DNA of 64,000 bases from Haliotis cracherodii (Eukaryota): positions 2,170,001-2,234,000 of the forward strand of contig NW_027266280.1 of the NCBI RefSeq assembly GCF_022045235.1. Reading direction: 5' to 3'. A program made the position numbers and the translations under genes. The notes under the pieces are model-generated. The model did not search any database. It saw only the letters and a list, made by a program, of their open reading frames with translations, and was not told the DNA's origin. Shown here in pieces: positions 51,828-63,259 of the stretch (positions are counted from its first letter, which is position 1; each line of letters opens with the position of its first letter).

Positions 51828-52155
51828 ACCAAAGAAACACAGCAACCTGTCTTCGCAAACATAGCAATGTGTGGCTATTTGTATTGTTCTTCAGACTCAA
51901 ATTTAGACTGAAATATGAGTGGATTTGCACACGAAAACTATTCACTGGGTTGAGTGTATTCAGAACATGAGGCTATGCAATAAGCTGTGTGCTTACTCGT
52001 CAATGTCCTCCTGGTCTGTAGACTTGTACCCAACCCAGCCAATAGTTTTAGTGTGCAAATCTACTCATTTCTGTTTGACTATATTTTAAACTGCATAATA
52101 GACAAATAGCATACATTTCTATGTTTTTGAAGACAGGTTATTATTTTTGTTTGGT
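51828..52155. repeat. Long imperfect inverted repeat (probable MITE)
   Basis: Paired segments aacctgtcttc/gaagacaggtt, gctatttgt/acaaatagc, atgagtggatttgcacac/gtgtgcaaatctactcat and aaaactatt..ctgggttg/caacccag..aatagtttt. Confidence 0.65.
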
Positions 52156-52731
52156 AGGCCTGACTCAATTCTTTACTGATACAAACTGGTGATGTTTGAT
52201 TAGCCATTGAAGCCCAGTAACTCTGCTGTGCCGACAGTAAGATAGTCATGAACAAAGACTACCAAGATATATTGTGACAGAATTCTGTTGATCGTTATTG
52301 CTGTAGTGACCAACCCTTTCAGCCCTACAATAACCTATCACGGAAATTGAGAATGGACGTCATTATAAAATTCCAAGAAATTTAAGAAAATGCAAACTTT
52401 GTAAATTAGTCTGTGTTGAAACGAGTACCACTTCCTGCTTATTTGCCCATCGTATGTCAAATTACAGCAACTATATCTCAAAGCAAAGTTCTATTGTCAT
52501 CCTAACGTTCATAAATTTAATATGCTTCTGTCATCACCAGATACATATATTATTACAAATCTAGCAAAATATCTATGTTATGCAAATGAAGTAAGAAATG
52601 CGAAACTGAAAGCTTAAAACCTGTCTGTACTCACCTTTAGTACACAAAGGCCTGTGGCCTATATGTATTGGAAATAAAATGATTGAATGAACCTATCACG
52701 TTTGACTTAACGGAAATCCCATCTCTTGCAG

Positions 52732-52916
52732 CCAATGAGAACAGGTACGAGGGTTCTTGGAGGGATGGCAAGAAGAACGGCCCAGGTAAATTCTACTACC
52801 TGAACTCGGGCCAGGTATTTGAGGGTGTGTGGGTGGACAATGTCCCCAAGTGCGGCACCATGCAGGACTACGGGCGTGACGGCGCCCCCGGACCAACACA
52901 GTACCCAATACCGGAG
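52732..52916 (+). CDS. MORN3: MORN3 exon 4
   Basis: tctcttgcAG acceptor; NENRYEGSWRDGKKNGPGKFYYLNSGQVFEGVWVDNVPKCGTMQDYGRDGAPGPTQYPIPE; 185 nt, donor GAG|GTAGGT (phase 0). Confidence 0.95.
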
Positions 52917-53740
52917 GTAGGTAGACCATTTAATCTGCAGTCATAATCATATGGTTGGTACAATCAAAGACACTGCAAGTTACTGATCAGAGTTACTCCC
53001 CTTTGCAATGCCAGAATTTGCTGGTTCTAACTTTCTAAAGTATATATTTGTAAAATGGAAAGCATATGGGACTCTGGGATAGAACAGGTCTCCAGCAACA
53101 CATGCTTGTCCGAAGTGGCAACAAACTGGTTGGGGTGGTCAGACTCGGTGACTTGGTCGACTACGTGTCCGTGTATCCCGGTGATGACAATCCATGGATT
53201 GCCTGGCCCAGACTCATGTACTTACAGGCCTCTTCACACAGGCGGCAGTGGTAAACAAGTACCAAACAAATCTAAAATAGCAAGGTGTAATATATAGAGT
53301 AACCAATAAGTAATTAAAACTTACCATAAATCCATCTTTGGACATGCTTCAGCCGAGCACTATCTTCTGTAACTTCTTGTCACTATTTATAATCCACGAA
53401 GTTGAAGGAGGAAAAAGGGAATTGGGTCTGTCTGTCTGTCCTTCTGTCTGTCAGGTTTCATTTCCGGAGCAGAACTAAAAAACCATGAGCGGTATCTTAA
53501 CCAAACTTGGCACTGGTGCCTTTAGATTTTTGAAAAATTTATTTTTTGAGTTTCCATGGCCAACGGTTTTGATTTAGACTGAAAATGGCAGTAGTGCTCG
53601 TATCTGGAGCAGATGGGGGAAACTGTACAATATTTCCTGCCTTGCACACAACCAGACATGTTATATTGGCAGGGGATGTGTCTATTTCATGCTTGTTTTC
53701 TCTATATTCAACGTGGTGACCATGTGACATTTCTACACAG

Positions 53741-53809
53741 GTGAAGTTGGACAATCCCGAGGCCGTGGTTGCTGAAGCCGAGGAACAGTTCCTCCAGGAT
53801 CAGGACTGA
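53741..53809 (+). CDS. MORN3: MORN3 exon 5 (last coding exon)
   Basis: atttctacacAG acceptor; VKLDNPEAVVAEAEEQFLQDQD* resembles the MORN3 C-terminus (VKILDPDGVLAEA). Total CDS 714 nt, 237 aa. Confidence 0.9.
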   Translation: MKLDNPEAVVAEAEEQFLQDQD

Positions 53810-54209
53810 CAATTCAGATCTCTCACACGATACCATGCGCTCATATCAAAGTTACAAACAATTTTCTTTGCAAGTCATACTGTCAAAAGTTTGTTTTACT
53901 TAGTTCTGTTAACGCCTTGTGATATATTCCAGTATGCAGTATCATTACTGTTACAACATATTCCAGTATGCAGCATCAATACTTTTAACATTCATACACA
54001 TGAATTAAATTTGATGATATTCCTGGTAACGGTCCTGAGCCAAATACCTCACGAATGAATGGCCAGATAAAACTGATAACTGCCAAACTGGCTATCAACA
54101 CTGAATCAGTATTTATTATTTTCATTCAAAATGATACACTTTATAGTTTTCTTGTAATCTGTATCTGTTTATTATGCGTTGTTACATGGTTTATTTGAGT
54201 CGGGATGTA

Positions 54210-54450
54210 TTAATGTTACCATGGTTATACCATCAAATACCTTGTATATTGATGTTGCCATAGTTATGCCATCAAATACCTTGTATATTGATGTTGCCAT
54301 GGTTATGCCATCAAATATCTTGTATATTGATGTTGCCATGGTTATGCCATCAAATACCTTGTATATCAATGTTACCATGGTTACACCATCAAATACCTTG
54401 TATATTGATGTTGCCATGGTTATGCCATCAAATACCTTGTATATTGATGT
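54210..54450. repeat. 39-bp minisatellite, ~6 copies
   Basis: Unit GTTGCCATGGTTATGCCATCAAATACCTTGTATATTGAT. Confidence 0.95.
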
Positions 54451-54849
54451 TAGAGCATACTACACTTCTGTACATAAACATTTATGTAAATATTATTTTG
54501 ATGCATATTTTTTAATGCCTTTTATGCTACAAGTTGATACAATTGTATTTAGCTATAAGAGGAATAGCGGAAGTTTTGTATGGATGGCTTACTTTTAGAA
54601 ATTTTTATTGATATACTTGCAATATTTACAAATTTCAAGCTGTATCATGTGAAAATGTATATCCATTATTAATACACTTCACCCTGTCAGACTATGTGCT
54701 GTTGTTGTTTGATTGGTAAACATGTTCAGTAGGGCTGTAACGATTCACCGATACTTACGATATCATCATACACACGATACTTGAATCGGCATTTTGTGCA
54801 GATCGTGATATGCTATAAATAGAACAGGAACTAATAGAGTTACCTCCCA

Positions 54850-55370
54850 TAATGGCAGAAGAGTAAACTGACTACAAAAGTCGTTTCCACCTTTGCTGAA
54901 CTACGTTGGAATTTTGTGGCTTGATCGTAGCACTATTACGAATTATGTCCCTCCTATTGACCAATCAGAATCCACCTCTCACATCACTTGTATTTGCATT
55001 AAACAAAATGGCGGCACCCATTCAATCTCATCAATAATCAAGATCTGTATGGTAATAAAACAGGTCTTACCCCGTGAAGTGTATCAAATCATTTGAGCGT
55101 CTTGATTTAAAAACATGAAAAGATTTGGAAAAAATCTGTCGACATCCAGTTAACATTAAAGATGGTTTGCAAATCCTGCAGTCGACTGAAATCTGCATTT
55201 TGAAATCCATATTGTTTATGAACAGGATCGCTAGTTCATTGTGCGATTTTGATTTGACTATGCATAGACTTGTTAGTCCAGCCAAAATGTATCTCCGGAA
55301 TTCCAGCCTAGTTCAGCAAGGTTGGAAACTGGACTTTTATAGTCAGTAAACTCCCTTGCCTCGGGAAGAT
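54850..55370. mobile_element. Same MITE family, decayed, opposite orientation
   Basis: Shares TIR and interior (tgtccctcctattgaccaatcag...) with the 51197 and 59423 copies. Confidence 0.75.
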
Positions 55371-56563
55371 TGTTAATACGAAAAATATGGCATATTAAAT
55401 TAGACACATTTCCATTGCTTGTGCTGCATTCTTGATTTATCAAGTGTGATATATTGCCTGTCTGTGGTATCCATGATAATTACCCTGAGCCTATACACTT
55501 CCCTGGCTTCATTCTAGCTTTGTTCTATCGATATGATGCTAAAAATAGCCATCCAGTCACATGACACCCAAGCCTTAGAAATTCTTTGCAAAGTATGTGA
55601 TAGGTGGTGAGGTGAAATGGTGTTTAACGTCACATCCAAAATTATTGCACTTATATAGCAACGTGTGTGTGCATGCGTGCGTGCGTCTGCTTGTACTAAT
55701 GATGGAATTTAACTCTTAGCCGACCAGTCCTTGTTTTAGCCTCTTAAGGACGAGTGCCAGACAGGGTAACAAGAAGTACCATCTTTTAATGTCTTTTGGT
55801 ATGATCTCCAGGCAGACGCTCTACCACTAGACCACAGAGGCGGTCGTAAGTGATAGGAGAGGTGGAGATGGTGACATCACTTCACGGCACTCATTTCAGA
55901 AGTGATGTCAGCATCCATCAATGGTTTCCTTCATCCAGAATCAACCACTTACAGGCCAGATTGACAAGCGGCATTCACTAACTGGGATCAAACCTGAGGT
56001 CATGCCTGATGGGGACGTGCCCTGTCTGCAGGGCTAACACACAGCTTCACATACATGCAACGACTCATGAAAGTCCTCAATAGTAACTCTCAAACAGCTT
56101 ACAGCAACAAGGTTAAACAGAGGAAAATGTTACCATGGCAATGGTAATTTTTCAGGAAGCAGATATCACAATGTTGTGTGGATTGTCACGTTCCAGTTGA
56201 TGGGCATATTATCTCCTGAATGAAGCCTTGTTAAAACATATTAAAATAACTTTGCTTCTCTCTTAAATAAAAACAATGACTTTTTAGATGAAAGCAGGGA
56301 TTCATTATAGTTTAAGTAAAGGTCACTGATTTGAAAGTTGAATTATCGATATTACTCAAATTACCATGATAATCACCATATCCATTAATAAAGTGAGTTA
56401 TTATGTGGATAAAACTTGACAAACAGCAGATGGAAGGCCCGCAATCAATCAACTGAATGCTAAATATTAACTAGGTGATCCATTAAATGTTTCAAACTAA
56501 ATGAATGTCCATCTTAACCATGGCAATCGTAACAAATGTAAACGTCACTGTGGCAGTGTATAA

Positions 56564-57077
56564 TTATCCCCTGCCCAACAAAGTTGGCGGGTGATACAGA
56601 AACAGGCTCTGTCCGTCCCTCCGTCACGTTTCGTTTCCGGAGCATAACTCAGAAACCGTTCAATATTTTTTCATGAAACTTTGCAGGTCTGTCAAGTACA
56701 TGCTGAACTGGTAACTTTTGCTATTAAGAAATTTCATAAATTTTTATTTTTTACGTTTCCATGGCAACACGATGGACTTAGGTTCTGTGAGGGTAGGGTT
56801 GGTTTCCGGAGCATAACTCATAAACCGTTCAATATTTTTTCATCAAACTTTGCAGGTCTATCAGGTACATACTGAACTGGTGCCTTTTGCTATTTAGAAA
56901 TTTTAGAAATTTTTATTATTTACGTTTCCATGGCAACAAGATGGACTTTTTTTTTCACAATTTCCATGACAAGTTCAACCTCTGTTAAAAAAGGTTAGGG
57001 TTTGTTTACATTTAATTATGTCATAAATTCTGCAACAGGGGCAGGGGATATAGCCACGTTAGTGGCAAACTCTTGTT
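56564..57077 (+). mobile_element. Helentron-associated non-autonomous element (HINE/DINE-1-like)
   Basis: subTIR atcccctgccc with inverted partner gggcaggggat, 5' hairpin, GTCC microsatellite, ~169-bp internal tandem repeat, 3' hairpin gccac-gtta-gtggc, then TCTTGTT end. Confidence 0.8.
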
Positions 57078-58469
57078 AATTTAGTATCGCTATTCATATC
57101 CATACAGTATCAACATTAAAATTGATACATTGATATTAGAAGTATTAAAAAGGAATCTGGTAGGGAAAAGTAAGAGAAATATCAAATTATTAGCTGAGGA
57201 AGACAAAACGTTCCTGTACATGCACCAAACTTGGCACCTTGATCTGTCAAACACTCCACTTCTCAATGAAAGCTCAAACAATAACAAATTCATAAATAAC
57301 ATTATTTTTCACATCAATAAATATGATAAAAACTTTCTTCCAGATAAAATCTTTATTTGCATTATGACACTGGGATATACATGATGTAGGTAAAACCATA
57401 TGTAATGTCAGATTCAGCCTCACAGAGATGAGATTCCCCCTCCAGTTCATCACACAACAGTACATAAGGCAAGACAAAGACAGATTGATGAACCAGGACT
57501 TTATCGGGACCTGCTGAGGCAAACGCCACAAAAATATCCCCAGTGGTAATTAACGATTTCCCATTTTTACGTTATTGTATTGAAGGCAATGACAAATTAC
57601 ATTTGAATTCCGGAAAATAGCACTCAGCAATATTCTAGCTATTTGACGGCGGTCTGTAAATCATTGAGTCTGGACCAGACAATCCAGTGATTGACATCAT
57701 GAGTAATCTATGTAATTGGGATCGATGACATGAATCAACCAAGTCAGCGAGCCTGAACACCCAATCCTGTTAGTCGCCTCTTACGACAAGTATAATAAAA
57801 TCTCAATTTGAACAAAATAACATTTATGAATTTATCTTCCAATAGTTTGGAATTCTTCACAAGACATCAAAAATAGAACTTCTTTGTGGATTGTGTGGAG
57901 CAGAGGCCCAGGATGTTCCTGGGATATGTTCGAGAGGTCACACCAATCTACTTTGTTTCTCTGATCAGCTTGCCCTGATCACTCCAAAAATAATGGTATT
58001 TGTCTCATCTTGAGTTCATTAATTTTAAGTTTGTTCTAATCACCTTATATGAATATTCCAGAAACCTTTTCTGCATTTTGGCATATTGACCAAAAAGACA
58101 AAAACAATAGTCCTGTCCCAAACTTAATACTGATTCATGTACACTTCATTTCCTATTGACCATAGCTATTTGTAAAACATGGCAGTCATAAACAAATATA
58201 TATATATATAAACAAACACATTGTCTAGTTTGGCAAAAAATATAATATCATACCAGTAAAATAATGCATGTTCGTGTGTCTCTTGTGACATTCTATATGT
58301 TAATGCATGATTCAAAGGGGGGAGACAAGGCTTGGACTAATTGGGGGCGTGGCATGGCTTGGGGGTCGGGGGTTTGGTCGGGAGTGAGGTTGGGGTTTGG
58401 GTGTTGTGTCAGGAGTGAGGTTTGGGGGTGAGGGGTCAGAAGTGTGTGTGTGTGTGGGGGTGTAGAATC

Positions 58470-58640
58470 CGGTGTAGATTCTAACACCGTTATCAAGCAA
58501 ATGATGCTTGGTCATTTGCTTGATAACGGTGTTAGAATCTACACCGAAACGTCGCCCAATTGTAGTAAAGAAGTTGCTCATCCATAACAATTTTGTCTTA
58601 GTTACCATTCCAACTTCTACATGCCACTCACAGGAGTTGA
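58470..58640 (+). mobile_element. Penelope-like element terminal remnant with inverted duplication and hammerhead-like core
   Basis: Perfect 35-bp IR (58470-58504 and 58512-58546), core TTGATAA-C-GGTGT...ACACC-GAAACGTC, then taaagaagttg..atccataa. Confidence 0.65.
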
Positions 58641-59422
58641 GGAACACCTGATTTCTTCATATGACTTAAGTTAAACTCATGTAAATTTAATGGCCATGAC
58701 AGTTTAACTATTGTCATATAAAACATTGGGTGTTATACACAATATTTCATAACCATGATAATAATTACCCAGTGAACAGAATATTGCACAATGAAAAACA
58801 TACATAAACAGCAGAGAGTACCTGTATACCTGGACTAGAACATTAATCATGTTAATATCAGACTGTAGATAAAAAAATTACTTTCTGTAACCATGGTAAC
58901 ATGGCACCAATCACAGAAGACACAGTATAGATACTTGCTGTTTCTAAAGTGGGGTATTTCCTCTATGATAAAAACAAAACATGCATTTTTTTCTCTTATT
59001 AGGTAAGGCCAAACTAAATTGTTTTACAAACAATCAGGTGATGTGTAACAGTTTTAAAACCCTTGGCCAGCTGGTAACTGTCACCGATGACAATGTAATG
59101 ACTGAATCCTTGCAAGGTACTTTGTCCTCTGTCTGATACGGCATCAAATATGCAGACCACACAGAAGGGAGATACATTGAAGACAACCAAATGTCCTTGT
59201 AATCCTCTTTGGCCGGTAATCATCTAGCCAGGAAGCAATGCTGGTCAGTAGAGACGTGACTGGAGATGGGGACCAAGGCTGGTATTCACAACAGGCAGAG
59301 GCTTGAGTTTAAATAACGATGTTTGAACCAAATTTAGCCAGGACCGGAAATAAAGGTTGGTTGATAGAGTGCCAGAGTACTCTGATAACGGCGTTTAGAG
59401 AGTGGTGGAGTACACAGATACC

Positions 59423-59960
59423 CATCTTCCTGAGGCAAGGGAGTTAACTGACCATAAAAGTCCAAGTTCCACCCTTGCCGAACTAGGCTGGAATTTCCAG
59501 GCTCGATCAGAGCACCACCAGTAGCTATTATAAGTTATGTCCCTTCTATGTCCCTCCTATTGACCAATCAGATTCCATCTCACATATCCCTTGCATTTGC
59601 TTCAAACAAAATGTCAGCGCTCAGGCAAGACGAACTGATCAATAATTAAGATCTATATTGTAATAAAACGGGTCTTACCCTGCGCAGTGCATCAAATAAA
59701 TTGAGCACCTTGATTAAAAACATGAAAAGATTTGCAAAATCAATGCCCAGTTGACTGTACATATTCTTTGCAAATCCTGCAGTCGACGGAAATCTGCACA
59801 TAAAAAAACAACCGGTTGTCATGTTTGTTACATGATTTTGATTGGCCTATCCATAGACTTGTTAATCCAGTCAAAATGTAACTCCATTATTCAAGCCAAG
59901 TTCGGCAAGGTTGGAAACTGGCCTTTTAAAGTCATTTAACTCCCATGCCACGGGAAGCTG
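59423..59960. mobile_element. Same MITE family, third copy
   Basis: TIR CATCTTCCTGAGGCAAGGGAGTTAACTGA; degenerate 9-bp flanks acagatacc and atagatgct. Confidence 0.82.
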
Positions 59961-60454
59961 ATAGATGCTGGTTTATAAAGAGTGTCGGAGAACGCAGATG
60001 CCGAGTCCACTGTATTTTTGGGTGGAATATTAACTGCCACATGCGTATACCACATTTTTGTGATTTTCAAAAGGGGGATCTGGATCGGACAATCAAAACC
60101 TGATTATATTCATTATGCGCAGACAGTAACGTTTTTCACCCAAACAAATAATATTTAAAAAAAACAGAGAACAAGGTGAGACAATTGTGTCTGTCCTCAT
60201 TTCTTTGACACATCAAAAAACACAAAAACACTTCTGTAAGGCAGAATATGACACCTTCCCCTTATTATGTTTCAGAACGACCAGCATGTCAAACAGACTA
60301 AATGTTTTTCCAAGCATTTTCGGGAATATATAATTTTTACCCCCACCCTCCTCCGAATATGAAATATATCGGGCCTTTACAAGAAAATAATGGCCATGAC
60401 TTTCAACATCTTGGAAGATTGGTCTTACCCAGGAAAACATTGCACATTATTGAT

Positions 60455-60620
60455 ATGAGTGAGTGAGTATGGTTTTACACCGCTTTTAGCAATATTCCAG
60501 CAATATCACGGCGGGGGACACCGGAAATGGGCTTCACACATTGTACCCATGTCGGAAATCGAACCCGGGTCTTCGGCGTAACGAGCAAACGCTTTAACCA
60601 CTAGGCTACCCGACCGCCCC
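60455..60620 (-). mobile_element. SINE family A (full length)
   Basis: 10-bp TSD cattattgat at 60445-60454 and 60621-60630. Confidence 0.92.
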
Positions 60621-60987
60621 CATTATTGATGTGAAGAGACACAACAGAAACAATCATTTCAAAGTGTAAAACTCAACAATTTCAAATGTAAATACATCAT
60701 TACAGCACTTGGTATATTTTGGCTTGACCAGAAGTTGTAAACAGCACAAAGTCATGGCGTGGTACCCAAACACATCCACCATTTGTACAGTATTTGTACA
60801 TAAATTTAAATACATTAAAATATATTTAAGTAGCTAGGCACATGGACATAACATTCATATTCCTTGACATAAATTTGAAAGTCACTTGTGAATTAAAATG
60901 CAATATTACTGTAATGAAGACAGTGGCTGATTGTGATTCCAGCACAGAGACATGACCAGACATTTTGTAGAATAGAATTAAAACCCA

Positions 60988-61692
60988 CATGTGTAGGACC
61001 CTGCATAGAGCTGTGTGTAGGACCCTGTAAAGAGCCGTGTGAAGGACCTTGTAAAGGTCTGTGTGTAGGACCCTGTACAGAGCTGTGTGTAGGACCCTGT
61101 ACAGAGCTGTGTGTAGGACCCTGTACAGAGCTGTGTGTAGGACCCTGTACAGAGCTGTGTGTAGGACCTTGTATAGGTCTGTGTTTGGGACCCTGTGCAG
61201 AGCTGTGTGTAGGACCCTGCATAGAGCTGTGTGTAGGACCCTGTACAGAGCTGTGTGTAGGACCTTGTATAGGTCTGTGTTTGGGACCCTGTACAGAGCT
61301 GTGTGTAGGACCCTGCATAGAGCTGTGTGTAGGACCCTGTACAGAGCTGTGTGTAGGACCCTGTACAGAGCTGTGTGTAGGACCCTGTATAGGTCTGTGT
61401 TTGGGACCCTGTACAGAGCTGTGTGTAGGACCCTGTATAGAACTGTGTGTAGGACCTGTATAGACCTGTGTGTAGGACCCTGTACAGAGCTGTGTGTAGG
61501 ACCCTGTACAGAGCTGTGTGTAAGACCCTGTATAGGTCTGTGTTTGGGACCCTGTACAGAGCTGTGTGTACGACCCTGTACAGAGCTGTGTGTAGGACCC
61601 TGTACAGAGCTGTGTGTAGGACCTTGTATAGGTCTGTGTTTTGGACCCTGTGCAGAGCTGTCTGAATAACCCTGTACAGAGCTGTGTGTAGG
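60988..61692. repeat. 24-bp minisatellite, ~29 copies
   Basis: Unit GTGTGTAGGACCCTGTACAGAGCT with a recurring variant TATAGGTCTGTGTTTGG. Confidence 0.97.
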
Positions 61693-62554
61693 GTATGCTA
61701 TTGTTAAGAGAATGTCAGAACTCAGAAGACCTCACAAATAGAAAAAATATCAGAACATCTGTATTGTCACAATTCTTCAAACAGTAGACATGGTAGACAC
61801 ATTCACATCCTTTCATAAAGTCTGTCACATAATGCTGTTAGGGGCACTGAATCTTTGGATGCCTCATAGCTTGTTCTAGGGCTGGGTAAAAAGATTGATA
61901 ATCGGAAGAACGATGAACAATTATCGATATGAGTGAGTAAGTATGGTTTTACGCCGCTTTTAGCAATATACCAGCAATATCACAGCGGGGGACACCAGAA
62001 ATGGGTGTCCCCGAAACAGACAGAAAGCAACTGTTTTTGTTATATCTCAAATGTCCACAAAACAATCTATGTATAAACCACCAGTGGCATCAAATATGTT
62101 GATTTCTTTTGGGACTTTCTCGCATATTTCCTAAAAGTTACTTCGTTGATATTTTTACAATACTTGATCCATGTTTAGTTAGGGATTATTGGGTGGCCCT
62201 AGCTTGTTCTATTGGGTGGCCCTGCAAGGCATAGTGAATGAACCAATGACTCGAACGTGCAAGACGGTTAAGTCCTGCTGTGCAGTGTCAGAATAAACCA
62301 GGGAGGAAAACACACTTATCTAAAATAATTAATCCCTTTCACACCAAGTGAAAGCAAAAACTGTCATAAAATTCTAGAGAAAGTTCATCAATATCCACAT
62401 TGTATAAACTTGATAAAGATATGTCAGAACAAATCATCATAATACTCCGGTATCAATGTCTGACTGATATGGAGAGTTTTGATTGAAGTTTTGGCTTCAT
62501 TCAATTTTTAGCAATAAACGGAATTCCCAGCAGTCAATTTGCCCCTCCCTCTCA

Positions 62555-62645
62555 ACCACTGAAGTTTATTAAAATTTGACCCTCTTCCCCAACTGAAGTT
62601 TATTAAAACTTGACCCTCTTCCCCAAATGAAGTTAATTAAAACTG
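62555..62645. repeat. Short tandem repeat (~35 bp, ~2.5 copies)
   Basis: actgaagtttattaaaa(t/c)ttgaccctcttcccca repeated. Confidence 0.75.
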
Positions 62646-63259
62646 GAAAACAGAGCAAATCAAAACTATCCATAAACCTGGCATTAACACAACACTTACT
62701 GCTTTAAAAAAAACATTGGCAGCTCACCTCACAGATGCTCCCATAATACTGACAGTTATCATTGCCAACACTAATACTACACTTGGAAGATTAAAACATT
62801 GTGGGTTAACTGTCTTCACAACAATCTTACTGGCAGGAACAAGAACATACATTTTTAGGTAAGGAAATATATCTCGAGGGGCCGACATGTACAATACTTG
62901 CTTAGTTGACACTGCTTATTAATCCGGGGGGGGGGGGGGGGGGGGGATGTTCTTCTCCCTGCAGAACATAAGTGTTGATTTACTTAACTCCAATATGTAA
63001 TCTCAAATATACTGGCTTAATCCTGGCAAACAATGGGAGATCCTAAAACATGGAACTCAGAAATATATTTCTGAAAGATATTTACTTCTGTGGAAGACCC
63101 TGATATTTTCAAAAAGCTCTCACTTAACCATGTCGACATTGTTATCAATGTACTGATGTACAATGAAGATGACATAGTTTCCATGGTAGCACCATCTGAA
63201 GGTGTGTTACGCTCCGTATCTACCAGCATCTTCTTAACCTCGTCATTCCTTATTGTTCT

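Noticed and set aside
60893-61669. Cys-rich, metallothionein- or keratin-associated-like ORFs
   Set aside because: Translations of a 24-bp minisatellite, open in several frames, with a frameshift in the array and no exon support.
62926-62946. G21 homopolymer as a functional element
   Set aside because: Common low-complexity run of unreliable length, with no supporting context.
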